A stretch of 64,000 bases of DNA from Octopus vulgaris (taxonomy: Eukaryota): assembly GCA_951406725.2 (NCBI GenBank), contig OX597815.1, forward strand, positions 169,942,001 through 170,006,000, given 5' to 3'. Below the pieces are notes generated by a model. It was given only the letters and a program-made list of their open reading frames with translations, had not been told where the DNA came from and made no database searches. Every line of letters starts with the position of its first letter. Within the stretch, counting starts at the first letter, position 1. Position numbers and translations under genes: made by a program. This document shows, piece after piece, positions 28,096 through 43,993 of the stretch.

Positions 28096-28990
28096 ATGCA
28101 TATATGGGTAAAGTCAACAAAATGAGAAACGGGAACATAAAAAACAAAGGCGTAGAAAACGAACTTTTTTTCGAACAACGAAAGAAACAACTAGAGAAAC
28201 GAGAGAGGCAACGTAAACAGCATTCCCTTCATCTGTTATCCCCTATTTTATCTACTCCTCGTTTCGAAGGTAGGGATAAGACGCAACTTCGATAAAACAG
28301 TCCTTCCCGCAAAGCAAATTAAATGAAATTTGGGATTTTTGTGGAGAGTGAAAGTGGTAACAAAATCAGGACAGTAAGAACAAAACAGTAAAAACAAACG
28401 GTGAGGGCTGTTAAGACAAGACGATGTGAAGTGGTGAACGCTGCAAAAACGAGCTTTAAGAAGAGACAGGCAAAAGCACGTCTTGTCTTTAGGAAGGAAG
28501 ATTGATAGAATAGATGGAAAGAAAGATAGATAGCCGTTGGTCACGTATGAGCAACGAAAGAGTCAAGGAGGAAGAGTGAGAGACAGAGAAGGAACGATGA
28601 AGGGGGAGAGGAGAAGAATAGGGAAAGGGTGGGGGAGAAAAATAGAAAGGAAGAAGAACAAGAGAGGGAGATACATAGAAAGAATTGAGAGGGATAAAGT
28701 GCGCATCGGAATTATAAAGATAAAACTTACTTGAAAACGTGGCGTTCGATCATACGATGATATAAATAATATATAAATATATACATATATACATACATAT
28801 ATGTACATACCTACATATATATGTATATATACATGCATATATGGGTACAGGACATAAAAAAACGTCAACAAAATGAGAAACGAGAACATAAAAAACGAAA
28901 ACATAGAAAATGAACTTTTTGGAAAACGAAAGAAGAGAAACGAGACAAGCAACATAAAGAACATTCCCTTCATCAGTTATCCGCTGTTTA
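28096..28990 (-). mobile_element. Unclassified (TA)-associated repeat family, with a partial tandem second end at 28832-28990
   Basis: GCATATATGGGTA...GTCAACAAAATGAGAAACG terminus occurs twice; body similar to the reverse complement of 34670-35202. Confidence 0.7.
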
Positions 28991-29764
28991 AATTTTTTTT
29001 ACCCATATATATATATGTGCGTGTGTGTGTGTGTGTATATATATTTATTTATTTATTTATATATACAGTGTGTGTACCTTTGTATTTGTCCGCCATGACT
29101 TACAAACTGGTGTTGGTTTGTGTACATCCCTGTACTTAACGGTCCGGGAAAAAAGACTGACAGAATAAGTACCGTACTACGCTTAAAATAAGTCATGGGG
29201 CGATTTGTTTCAGAAGCGACAGACAAAAGCACGTCTTGTCTTTAGGAAGCAAGTAGAAGAAAGAAAGATTGATAGCCGTTGATCCCGTGTCAGTAACGAG
29301 AGAGTCGAGGAGGAAGAGTGAGAGAGAGGGGGAACGATGAAGGGGAGAGGAGAAGAATAGGGAAAGGGTGGGACTAAATCTTTCAAGGATTTGCTTTTGC
29401 ATGGCCGCAGTTCAATGACTGAAACCAGTACAAAAAAGATAAAAGATATCTATATATGTGTATGTTCCCACACTATAATATTTATACCTTTGCATATTGA
29501 GACTGATATCTTAATTTGTTACATTTGACAACCAGTTTAGGCGTCAATCAGAACCTCAACACTTTTGCAGTTTGACTAGGAGAAAGAATTACGTATCACA
29601 CCATACAGAATTTGAAGAAATTTCATATCAGAAAAATATTTTTAGCCTTGGTGTAAAACAAGAAACCACATACTCTCTGGTGGGTTGAAAAATATTCTCT
29701 CAAACACTAATTTCCAAATCTAAACAGTTCGGAAATTGCTTTACGCCAAGGTTAGAAGTACAAA

Positions 29765-30170
29765 CAGGCGCACACGCGTGCACACACACACATACACACA
29801 CACTCGCACACAAGCACGCACGCACGCACACACACACACATGCACACGCACACATGCACTCACACACACACGCACACACATACAGTCGCACACAAGCACG
29901 TTCGCCTACACGCACGCACACATGCACAAACAAGCACACTAGCACACACACATACACACGCACACACACACGCACTCACAAAGAAGCATTAACACTCGGA
30001 GACTAACACGCATGCACACGCACACACACACACACTCACACACACACACACACGCACTCACACACGCACACGCACACACACACACGCACGCGCACACACA
30101 CATGCACACACACACATACACACATACACACGCACACGCGCACACTGACACACAAGCGCGCACGCACGTA
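29765..30170. repeat. Degenerate (CA/CG)n tract
   Basis: Directly visible. Confidence 0.95.
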
Positions 30171-30229
30171 TATGTACAAGTGTGAATGTATATTCTTGTT
30201 TATATTCTGCCATATTTAATATATTAAAC

Positions 30230-30423
30230 CTTTTCTACGTATCTCAGTCATTAGACTGCGTCCATGCTGGTACACCCCCTTAAGTTTTAGTCGAACGAAT
30301 CGACCCCGTTAATTTCTTTTTTAAAACCTGGTACTAATTCTATCTGTCTTTTATGCTGAACCGCTAAGTTATGGGGACGTAAACCATAATTTCCGTTTGT
30401 CAAATGGTGACAAGACACAAACA

Positions 30424-30469
<46 letters not shown>

Positions 30470-30675
30470 ACGACTCACACACATGCACACATGTATATAT
30501 ACATATGTATACACGACGGGTTTCATTTAGTTTCCATCCATCAAATCCACCCAGAAGGCATTGGTCGGCTCGAGGCTATAGTAGAAGACACTTGTCTAAG
30601 GTGCCACGCATTGAGACTGAGCCCGCAACTATGTGGTTGGGATGCAATCTTCTTATCACACAGCCACGCCTGCGC
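30230..30675 (-). mobile_element. SINE family A copy (diverged)
   Basis: Family head and tail modules on the minus strand. Confidence 0.8.
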
Positions 30676-31476
30676 TTATATATGTATATACAGGTCACAT
30701 TGAATACTTGTAAGACAGGAAATAAAAGTTGATTGTGAGTAAATACTTGTGACTTAGCTGGAGTTTTCTATTACTTTTCCTTATTAAAATTTGCGTAAAT
30801 AAATCGGTTTTTTCCTTTTGAATAACCCTGTATATTCTTACATACACACGCACATAAATACATACATACATACATACATACATACATACATGTATATGTG
30901 TTTGTATGTGTGCGAGCGAGCATATGTATATATATATATCATAGACTTTGTGATATGCAATGTAATAGTATATTTTGCTGGTATATCAATATCATATACA
31001 GTTTTATTATAAATGCGACGAATTAGTGAGGTCGTTATAGCGTTGGATACAAATGCTTTAGGCCGTCTGTTTTGACTCTGTGAGCTCTGAGTTCATATCT
31101 AACCGAAATCAAGTGCGTGTCATCCTTTGGTGGCGATAAATTATATACCATTCCGGAGCAAATGGACTAATGGAATTGCTAGAATGACGAACAAGCTTCC
31201 TTGTGATGTCTGTTGTGGGTCTTTGTGTTCTGACAGGAATGTTTGCTAGAATATGAGACATTATAGCACAGCAGTCTTGGCTCACTCATTTGGCGTCTCG
31301 GATTCAACGGTGATTTATTTGACACCAGACGGAGAAATTTCGTTTTCTCTCTCTCTTTCCCTCTGTCTCCTTTATTCTCCCACCACTATCTCTGTTCATG
31401 TGTGTCAGGATATTTCCGTTTAGGAGGAGAGGCAAAGCGATTGCCAATTGTGTTCGGTCAATGTATTATGAATGCA

Positions 31477-31513
<37 letters not shown>

Positions 31514-32675
31514 CCCCGTTTCTTAGTCTCTTCCTTCTCTTTGTCACTCTCTTTGACTGCATGTGTATATTACCGTGCATGCATGTACGTGCGTGTGTGT
31601 GTTTGCCTGCAGTGCCACGAAGTACAGTTGTTAAAACACGTTCTGTGTCTAATCAGCCACGCCAAATCGCCTGCGTCAACCAGCTGTGCCATTCGTCTCA
31701 TGTTTACTACATACGTGTACCATGTTTTACAAAATCTTGTCATTCCATAGTATCGACTAGGTGCGGCATCTGCGTGAGGAACTTTCCTGTTTAGATCAAT
31801 GATGTTCCAGATATATAAAAGCCTTTATTAACGTAGAATTCAGCTAAGAATTAAAAGTAAATATAATTTGTTTCTCTGTTTTCATAAACCAATAAGGAGC
31901 AGTCACAACACAAATGCTCTCGTCACAGCTCCCATCGGCAATTTTCGGCAAACTTTCCTAACTCCATTTTCTTATTTGAGGTGTACGGAAATTAATTATA
32001 ATTATTCTTTTACCTTCATATGCTCTACACACTGGTAAAATCACTGCCATACACATACATTCATATCGAATACATACGCAGATACATGCTTCACTCACCG
32101 ATGTAATCAAAGTACAAATTAGTGTAGAGTACAGATAGAACTTCAGGCAAATGAGATTTTGCCTTAGTTATTTTTACTCACTTAATTTCCACTTCTATAT
32201 AACGCTGTAATATAGAGGAAACGTAACTAAACTATGCATAATTTACAAACAGTAATTTAGAGAAGTGTGAGATATAATTCCTTATGGAACCATATCCTAA
32301 CGGTATAGTATTCGATTACAGTTATTTATTAGTACTATCGTAGCACCAAAAATTGCTCTTAGAATTCGGTCGTGTTATATTCATGCTCATAATGTCTATT
32401 GATTTACTTGGAGATAATTCTATGTGTATAGTTAGGTTTCCTAATGTGAAAACGAAACTGAATTTAATGCTAAAATCTGAAGATGTTATAAGAGATGGTG
32501 TCTCCATTGAAAATGCTATTTCAATACTGTTTTCATGAATTGAAAGACTTTGCTATCTGCTGTGAATCCTACGTTTCTTTCATTCCGCTCTCATCCCCAC
32601 AACATATACGTACATGCATACATATACTCGTACGTATCTGTGTGTATGTGTGTGTGTGTGTGTGTATTTATATAC

Positions 32676-32706
<31 letters not shown>

Positions 32707-32764
32707 TGTATGTATGTATGTATGTATGTATGTATGTATGTATGTATGTATGTATGTATGTATG

Positions 32765-33119
32765 TATATATCTCTCTCATTCACCCTTTTTCTCTTACAC
32801 TCTTAATATATTCGGGTAGGAGAACTTGTTTCCCACAAACAATATATATATTTCGTTTTTGGATTTGGTTTGCAAGATTCTTTATATGAGTTCGTGTATT
32901 GAAGCATATTCCGTTGTGTCTGGGGAGAGTCATTTTCTTTTTGTGCCTTATAATGTAACACACTCACCGGTAAAATTTCCACTTATTTCTTATTTGTATT
33001 TTCCTAAAATTTTCGTTGCGTCTTGCAACCTTTTCAATAAGAAATAAGTGGAAATTTTACCGGTGAGTATGTTAAATTATAAAGCACAAAAAGAAAATGA
33101 CTCTCCCCAGACACAACAG
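32765..33119 (-). mobile_element. Fold-back mini-element with truncated hammerhead
   Basis: ~82-bp inverted arms at about 32913-32994 and 33037-33117 around a ~42-nt spacer; unique tail to the left; (TATG)n and (TA)n flanks. Confidence 0.75.
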
Positions 33120-33282
<163 letters not shown>

Positions 33283-33887
33283 ATATATATATACATATAT
33301 ATACATAAAAATATATATCTTATTGTTTTCATTTTTGCTGCTCTCTCTGCACGTGACAATTTCTTATCGGCTTGGCAGGCGTCAGCACATATCAGCAGGC
33401 GATTCGTCTGCTGATGCCTATAAACAAGAACCATAATTCTTGTTTGGATTCTTCGACTGAAGAAACACAACCAAGTCGAAACATCGTGGTATCTCTTTTG
33501 TATTTTCCATTCATTTCTCTCGTTGTCTGCATATTGAACTCATTTGTTTTCGTATTTCATGTTGTTTACTGTTGGTGACGTCCATTGAATTTGGTGTGTT
33601 GTGAACACACATTGTCTGACAGATGACCTTGCTCCATGAAGGCAAAATACAACAACGATTTGGATATTTACATACGAAAGAGATCGTTTTCTTTCTATTA
33701 TTCTTTCTTTTACTTGTTTCAGTCATTTGATTGCTGCCATGCTGGAGCCACCTTTCGTTGGCGATATTTTCAAATAAACTTGTTCTTAAATTCTGCAACT
33801 TGAGTGTTTACGTCAGCCAAAAATATTTAATCACTTGTAGAGTTTTACGGCAATTTTTTAATAATGTTTTTTGCAGCTTTAATGATA

Positions 33888-33927
<40 letters not shown>

Positions 33928-34058
33928 GCATATGCATATACGGGTACAGGACGTCACCAACAATAAACAACATGAAATACGAATACAAATGAGTTCAATA
34001 CGCAAACAACGAGAGAAACAAATGGAAAACACAAAGAACGACCGATATACATACAAAT

Positions 34059-34372
<314 letters not shown>

Positions 34373-34434
34373 ATATACATGCACACCCACACATACACAC
34401 GCACACACACATATGTACATACTTACATCTATAC

Positions 34435-35327
<893 letters not shown>

Positions 35328-35377
35328 CATATATATATATACATATATACATATACATATATATATACATATATATA

Positions 35378-35430
<53 letters not shown>

Positions 35431-36173
35431 TTAGAGATAAAACCACTATTATGCAACTCAAACAGTGATAGGCATAAACCAAAAGGTATATATATATATA
35501 CATATATATTATTTACGTTATATATATGTATATGTATACACACGCTCACACACACACACACATAGATGCATGTATACAGAACGTTTTTAGCGCGTGTTTA
35601 TGATGTATACATTTCTAAATTTACCGTATTACTGTGAAAATCGCAACCATGATGTTTTACTCTCTGCTTATCACAATACCGATAACAATCTTTTCTTCCT
35701 CTTTGCATTAATGGAACCAGAAATAGAGCAATAACCGAACGGATAAAACGAAAGACGGTCACAAGGTGCTATTCCACTTTTCTATTTATTTCCTTGGAAA
35801 AGTTAGTCTTACTTTTGGAGGGACGTGTCTTACAGTGTTGATTCTTGCTAAAAAAAAAAAAACATCTAAGTAAACGTACGATAGCTGCAGTGAAAAAAAG
35901 AAAAAAAAACAGAAGTAAAAAAAACCCAAAAGAAATTCAAATTTATCATTCATTAATTAGTAATGACAACCCATCTGCAGCGATGTCTTTTCCTTCTAAC
36001 TTTCTGTTATTTAAGAACTGTAGCTTCAGTATCTTCACACTTGCTGCTGCTGCTTCGCTGTTTGCTTCTGATATCTTCACTAACAGATGCTACTTTACAA
36101 CTCTTCATTCTCTCTCAAACTTTCATTTGACAACTCCTTTGTCTTTTCTTCATCGTATTGATTTCTGACAGTG

Positions 36174-37007
36174 GACAAGGGTAGAATATTCTTTTCTACG
36201 CTAAGAACAAGGCCCGAAATTTTTGGAGAGTGGGGGGAGCAGTCGATTAGATCGACTCCAGTATGCAACTGGTACTTAATTTATCGACCCCGAAAGGATG
36301 AAAGGTAAGGTCGACCTCGGTGGAATTTGAACTCAAAACGTAAAGACAGACGAAATACCTATTTTTTTACTACCCACGAGGGGCTAAACACAGAGAGGAC
36401 AAACAAGGAGAGACAAACGGATTAAGTCGACTACATCGACCCCAGTGCGTAACTGGTACTTATTTAATCGATCCCGAAAGGATGAAAGGCAAAGTTGACC
36501 TCGGCGGAATTTGAACTCAGAACCTAACTGCAGACGAAATAATGCTAAGCGTTTTGCCCAGCGTGCTAACGTTTCTGTCTGCTTGCCGTCCTGTCAAGAG
36601 TAGAATATTTTTTTCTACTCTAGGCACAAGGCCCGAAATGTTTGTAGAGGAGGCCAGTTGATTAGATCGACCCCAGTATGCAACTGGTACTCAATTTAGT
36701 GAAGATGCCGACGACCGCTCGGTTCAAAGTCTCTCTTGACCAGAAATGGCCTGCACTCTTTGCATGAACACCACCCTGTACATATATCTCCATGTCCCCC
36801 TACATGGCCATGCTTTTTGCTTTTTGAGGCAAAAAATTAACTTACATTAACTTAACTTAACTCATCGACTCTGAAAGGATAAAAGGTAAAGTCGACCTCG
36901 GCGAAATTTGAACTCAGAACGTAAAGACAGGCAAAATACCGCTAAGCATTTCGCCCGGCGTGCTAAAGTTTCTGCCAGCTCACCGCCCTGACAAAGGTAC
37001 AATATTG
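36174..37007 (-). mobile_element. Tandem array of SINE family B modules
   Basis: Three GAAAGGAT(G/A)AAAGG...GACCTCGG cores, alternating tail types, and a ~160-bp insertion at about 36698-36860. Confidence 0.85.
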
Positions 37008-37389
37008 AAGAGGGTTGAGAGAGCCTTTTTAATACAGTCGATTACCTACATCAATATATCACTGGTATTATTTTATCGAATAAAAAAAGTTGACCACGGT
37101 AGGATTCGAACTCATTATCTAAAATGACACGTGACTAAATACAACAAAGTATTTTGTGGAAAACTCTATCGATTCTGCAAATCCAATGTTCTCTGTTGAT
37201 GTATTATGATCATTTCTAAAAGCGAGGGAAGGCCAGAAATTTGAGAGAACAATAAACATTTGATTATATCAACCTCAGTCCCTGAATGGTACCTTATTTT
37301 ATGGAGCCCTCGGAGGGAAGAAAGGCAGACTTCACTTTGGCTTGATTTGAAACAGTACGTAAAAGAAAGGGGGAAAAACAACCTTAGGA

Positions 37390-38232
37390 CAGATACTGTT
37401 CAACAACATGGCTTCAAACTTTGGAAAAAGGTGAACAATTTTGGGTGAGAGTGTTAGCAGATTACATCGATCCTAGTGCGCAACTTGTACTTATTTTATC
37501 GACCCCAAAAGGATGAAAGGAAAAGTAGACCTCGACGGAATTTGAACTCAGAACATAAAGACGGACGTAATCTGCTCAGCATTTTATCCGGAGTGCTGAC
37601 GATTCTGCCACTTCGCCACCTTGCCGCACAGTAATAATATGTCTGACACTCAAACGAATCTGCTGATCCACCAATCTGTATTTAGGGGAGTAATAAATAA
37701 TAAAATTTTTAAATTTTGACATAAGAGCCAGCAATTTTAGTGGGAAGTGAGTAGTCGAATACATCAACCCCACTACTTAAGTGATACCTTATTTTATCAT
37801 CCCTGAAACAATTAAAGGTAAAGTTGACCCCAGCGGGATTTGAATTCATAAAAAAAAAAAGAGCTGGAAGAAATGTCACTAAAAATTTTGACCTATATGC
37901 TAAAGATTCTTCCAGCTCAGTAACCGTAATGATTTCTAGTTTTGACACATTTTAAAGAAAAAGTCGATTGAATTGTTTCCAGTAATATTGCTGATATTGA
38001 TCTTCGAACGGTAAGTGGGAGGGGTATCATTCTTGAATTTGTTCTCTTTCATTCGGATGGGATTACGCCAGTTTATTACATATATTACTTTATCAACCTC
38101 GGTGGAATGGGTACTTATTTTATCGACCCCGAAAGGATGATTAGGCAAAGTCTACCTCGTCGGAATTTGAGCTCAGAACTTAAAGTCGGACGAAATGCCG
38201 CTAAGCATTTTATCCGGAGTGCTGACGATTCT
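37390..38232 (-). mobile_element. Several SINE family B copies
   Basis: Cores at about 37500, 37810 and 38130. Confidence 0.8.
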
Positions 38233-38949
38233 TTATATGAAACTTTATATGTTGGTATTTAGCCTTCGATCAGCGCTGACTGAGAGGACTTCAAGCGTGT
38301 TTTAGCATCAACCATTTAGTCATCTTGTATGACAGGAACTGCATTACTCAGTTTCTGAAGACAGCAGTAGGAGATTTGGGGGAGTGCTTCCTGCTACACC
38401 TAGCAATTCGAAAGACGGCGTAGTGACTCGTTTATTTGTTCGGGACATTTATATGTAGGGAGAATATGTGGTATTTGAAATTAATGTTTCAAAGAACCCG
38501 AAAGGGAACGTTTATGTGATCACTCGATCTACAAGAAATAAAAGTTGAATTCCTCATAATTCTCTTCGATTGTAAAAAAAGAAAGAACAACACACACACA
38601 CCCACACATCCACACTCACACACATACACACACATACATATATATATATATAATATAAGGTAAGATAGCGACAGATGGAACGCTTTTGATCATTGATGTA
38701 CTCGTTCAAGTTCGACCAGGAGCTAAACAACAAGAACAAAAACGTCAACAACAACAACAACAACAACAACAACAGCAACAACAGCAACAACAACAGCAAC
38801 AACAGCAACAGCAGCAACAACAACAACAACAACAATTATCCACAGATGGATAGAAATGAAATGTTTTAAAAGTGAATTAAACATGTTTTAGATTCGCCCC
38901 AGAGAACATTAGAGCGCTCGATACAAAGCTTAAATACAACGCTAGAATT

Positions 38950-39700
38950 ATTCGTAAGATATTTAGCAACTTAAAAGTTCTGATTTGAAATTCCATGACG
39001 AGTTCATTTTTTAAATTCCCCATCACGAGAAAGATTAATTGTTATTTATTCGCACGAAGTCTTTTGAGACCGATTCAGTCGACTGACTATATGATGGTTA
39101 TCACTCAATGAAAAAAGGAGATCCATCCCCAAAACTGGACTATACCGCGAAAAAGTTTACATTCTGTTAAGTTGGATATGAAGGATGTCGTTTGTTATGA
39201 AGTGTTCAATAAAAACGAAATAGTTAATGTGGAGAAGTATTGCCGTCCTATGGAAGCATTTGGTATAAGAAAAGAAAACTGTAGAAAAATACCCATCATT
39301 GTTCAATCGTAAAGGGGTGTTGTTCATACACGATAGTGCAAGATCACTTATTGCTCTAGTGACCCAGGAAAAGATAATGGATCTAGATATGGGAATTTTG
39401 CCTCATCCGCCTTACTCTCCTGGCCTTGCTCCATCTGACTATTATCTTTTGAGATCATTGCAACATTATTTAGAGGGAAAATAGTTCATAAATTGTGAAT
39501 ATGATAAAAATGATATCGAGGGATTTTTTGCTTTGAAACCGAGAGAACTTTATTCTCGAAGTATCAGCAATTTGCTAAAGATATAAGGTTATGTTATTTA
39601 TATAATATTATCGTGATTAACTATTTCAATTATGACCAACAAATAATTTGTTTTTTTTCCCCATCTTAAAATGCGACCAGACATTCTTTCCAAACTTATA
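38950..39700 (+). pseudogene. Mariner transposase C-terminal relic
   Basis: NRKGVLFIHDSAR...LPHPPYSPGLAPSDYYLLRSLQ; heavily disrupted. Confidence 0.85.
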
Positions 39701-39747
39701 TTAGTTTCGCCATTACGTGGCTCTTCAGGTAAGTGTGAATACGCTCT

Positions 39748-40135
39748 GGCGAGCTGGCGGAATAGTTTGCACGCCGGGCGAAATGCTTACAGGTCTGCCG
39801 CTACGTTCTGAGTTCAAATTCCGCCGAGGTCGACTCTGCCTTTCATCCTTTCGGGGTCGATTAAATAAGTACCAGTTCCGCACTGGGGTCGATATAATCG
39901 ACTTAATCCCTTTGTCTGTCCTTGTTTGTCCTCTCTGTGTGTAGCCCGTTGTGGGTAGTAAAGAAATAGGTATTTCGTCAGCCGCTACGTTCTGAGTTCA
40001 AATTCCGCCGAGGTCGACTTTGCATTTCATCCTTTCGGGGTCGATTAAATAAGTACCAGTTGCGTACTGAGATCGATCTAATCGACTGGTCCAGCCCCTA
40101 AAATTTCGGGCCTTGTGCCTAGAGTAGAAAAGAAT
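39748..40135 (+). mobile_element. SINE family B dimer
   Basis: Two TACGTTCTGAGTTCAAATTCCGCCGAGGTCGAC cores with different tails. Confidence 0.9.
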
Positions 40136-40881
40136 ATAAAGGTAAACAATAGATATTACTCAACATTACCTTAAAATCTGTGTTATGGTGAAATGAATAG
40201 TTGATATGTAGACATGGCATATTCACTTGTTGATAAAAAATATATAATACACATGCATTCAACTATCTTTTACTTAATATTAGTTTAAATATATACATAT
40301 ATGTATGTAAGTGCGCTCGTCTATACACAGACATATGTATACTCGCACACATATATGAGTGTGTGCATGTATGTATGAAAGAATATATGTGTCTATTACT
40401 TTCTACATACGCACACGCATACATATACACACGTACAAATATTATTACTTCACCACACTAGGTTTTTTTTCTATGGTTCACGTCAAAATAAAACACGTAT
40501 GATTCTATGGCAACTTTTTAAGTTTTACGGAAAAGAAGTAGCTGGAAGGAAACCTGGTCAAAAGAAAAATAAAATTCTTCATAAACTAGTTTCTTTTTCA
40601 AGTATAGAAGGTTTATTTCCAAAGTAAAATTCCATAGGTTTACTTTTGCAGTAGCTGTGAAAGATTGATTTTTATACAAAAGAGTACGTCAATTTGTTGT
40701 GAAAGCAAATATCCAGAAGTCATTCTCTCGCAAAGTTAAGAAAATATTTAAGTTTATTTACTGATTACCTTTATGCAAGGAGCCAATGAAGCGTATTTTC
40801 ACCTTAAATTCCTTGCAGCAGTATCGTCACGTTTTAAATGGAAAGCCAACAACATCTTTGTCTATGTATATGTGCGTGCGT

Positions 40882-40921
<40 letters not shown>

Positions 40922-43692
40922 GTAAGTCTGTGTGTATATGTGTGTATGTGTGTATATATGTATCTGTATATGTATGTATACATTTATATGTATGTACATA
41001 TATGCACATATGCATACATATACATATATATATATGCACACATAAATATGTGTGCATATGTACATATCTAAATACATGCGTATATATATATATACATATA
41101 TTTATATATACATTCACACGCACACACATATATCTGTATATTTACATATTATGTGTGTGTGTTATTTTTCTAAATGTTGAGATTAGTTTTATAAGGAAAT
41201 ATATTCTGTTTACAATGAATCTATGTATTTCAACAAAAACACATTAACTCAGTTTCTCCAAAAAGCGTTAATCCATAATGAAAAGATAAACCAAAATTGC
41301 AATGAGTAATACAATGCTTGTAATTTTCGTAAATTCTTTTTTTCATTCTAGTGGGAAGGCAGTGACCATGAGCCTTCACGTGGTTTGCAAGCCTTGTGGG
41401 TTGGAAAGGTGGACAAAACCGTTCTGAAACCGAAGATTTAGCCCGTATCCTAAGAGCAGAGTGATGTATGCTAAACGTAGTTCAGGTTAACTTTATGTTT
41501 CATCATTTGAGGTCAACTTTGTGAAGGTCAATTTTGTCCTTCAGCATTAAAATAATGTACCAGTATAGTTCTGGAGTTGATATAATTGACCAAGCCATCG
41601 GCATTTCGAGGTCGATAAAATAAAAGTACCAGTAAAGTACTGGAATTGATATAATTGACCGAGCCCCCTTCCTTTAACCTGCATCCGGTCGTGAGAGCCT
41701 GATTTGGGTTACCACAGCTTTTAGGACTGTAGAATCGCATCTTAGCCACTATTGCTCCCAGGTCTACTTTGACTTGGTAGCACCTGTCAGGGTCCCAGCT
41801 ATGGGTTAAGTAGCCATTCAAGCCTGGGTATGCTGAAATCGTGGGATACAACATGGTTTATGTGAATTGTTTCGGCAGTTAGCGGTGAATATCATCAGAT
41901 GCTGAGAGGATGAACAGATAAGAAATTGTCAACAGCCAGGATCAATCACGACCAAGTGCCCTTTTCTACACACACACACACACACACACACACGTACGCA
42001 CGCATATACATAGACGGTATTTGAACTCGTAAAGTCAGAAAAGTGTTTAACGGCGGTTTTCTGGCTTTACAAGTTCAAATGCTGTCAGGGTCGATAAAAT
42101 AAGTACCAAATGAGCCCTGGGGTCGATATAATTGATTTAATCCTTCCCCAAAACTGCTGGTCCAGTGCCAAAATTTGAAGTCAATACTTAAATATGTTTG
42201 TAATTCCAATCTGGATTTGAACTCGAAACCCTTACCTATAAACTATGAACAATAACCCTTTCTACTATAGGTACAAGGCCTGGAATTTGCGGGAGCAAAC
42301 AATCGATTACATCGAACTTAGTGTTTCACTAGTTCTTAGTTTATCAACCGCGAAAGGATGAAAGGTAAATTCGACCTTGGCGGAATTCGAACTCAGAACG
42401 TTATGCAAAGCATTTTGGTCAGCGTGTTAACGATTCTGCCAGCTTCCTGCTTTATAAACTATGGATAACAATGCGACTTTCTGTGCTACGATTTTCAAAA
42501 GTTTCATATCCCTACCGGTAGTTGATTAAGTATTTATTTGTCCCAGATGTCTTATTAATAAAATTACAATTATTCACCGAGTTAACCACCTCTCTAGTGT
42601 ACAGATATCTTCCTAGTTCCTTATACTAAACCACTATCGTTCTTTGTCTTGTGACAGACAACGTGTGAAGCCCATTGTTAGATTTTTTTCTTTTGTGTTT
42701 GAGTACAGCTTCTTTCTCTCACTTAATAATTGCATCATCTAGTGGTTTGTCATCTCTAAATATTCACATTTCATAGTCAAGAAGTAGTTTCATTACATCC
42801 TCTGTCGCACTTCTAGATCAAAATATTCGGTCAGTGTTAACTTTTGAATGGTAAATTCTCATACACAGATTTTTCTAAGTGAAGTTTATTATATTGACAT
42901 TTCTAGAAAAGGGACATTTAAGCTGTTTTTATAGTTGGAAGTTAGTATTGGAATGTCATTCAGTTTTCAAAATCAGCCTTACTTTTCGGTAGAATTTCAT
43001 TTGGATTTTTATTTTTATGGTTGGTGTCTAATGCCACGACCTTCATGGACGATAAAGTATCGGCACAAAACTCCTTAGTTTTATTTCGTCGTCGTTTTCA
43101 CTGAACATAACATCACTTAAAGGTCACATTTGAGGATCTTTCAACACCGAAGTGCATCCCTACCTCATTAAGTTCTGCTGCTTTTAGCAAAAAACCTTGA
43201 GCTCAATATCATTTCGAGTACACAGTTTAAATGCTCGAGATATAATTGGGAAAACACAGTATTCATTAACAAGCCATGAGAGTGAAAGCTGAGGCAAAAT
43301 TGATTAGCCTTGAAATTGATCCACTTTGAAAAATATCACAGTGTTTCACATTCATGTATTTATTGTGTATTAGGTTCTGAGATTATAATCTAGAGACATT
43401 TTGTATATTTTCGCGTGGAGAATTTAAAAATATGGTACAGCTTCAAAACTTTATGATGATAATAATAATACTCTCTACTGTAGGCACAAGGCCTGAAATT
43501 TTGTGTCCCTTCGATTACATCGATCCCAGTGCTCAACAAGTACTTATTCTATTGTCTCTGAAAGGATGAAAGACAAAGTTGACCTCGGCGGTATTTGAAC
43601 TTAGAAAGTAAAGATGGACTGAGAGCCGCTAAGGATTTTGCTCGGCGTGCTAAGAATTCTGCCAGCTCGTCGCCTTAATAATAATAATGATG

Positions 43693-43744
<52 letters not shown>

Positions 43745-43745
<1 letters not shown>

Positions 43746-43866
43746 GCAAAACACTTTCAATACAGTAATCATAAGAGCATCACAGCAAACCACATATATA
43801 CCTAAGGCAAACAGAGCTGCGCTCGGTGGTGAAGTGAAAGCACGCTATAAAAATAAAACTACTGAA
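43745..43866 (+). mobile_element. Extreme 5'-truncated copy of the R4/Dong-type LINE 3' end
   Basis: Matches 44836-44958 (AGAGCTGCGCTCGGT.GTGAAGTGAAAGCACGCTATAAAAATAAAACTACTG); embedded in (AAT)n. Confidence 0.9.
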
Positions 43867-43943
43867 TAATAATAATAATAATAATATTAATAATAATAAT
43901 AATAATAATAATAATGATAATAATAATAATAATAATAATAATG

Positions 43944-43992
<49 letters not shown>

Positions 43993-43993
<1 letters not shown>

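Noticed and set aside
31345-31470. Polypyrimidine tract plus CAG, possible exon
   Set aside because: No clear donor site or recognisable peptide; the tract is a CT-rich microsatellite
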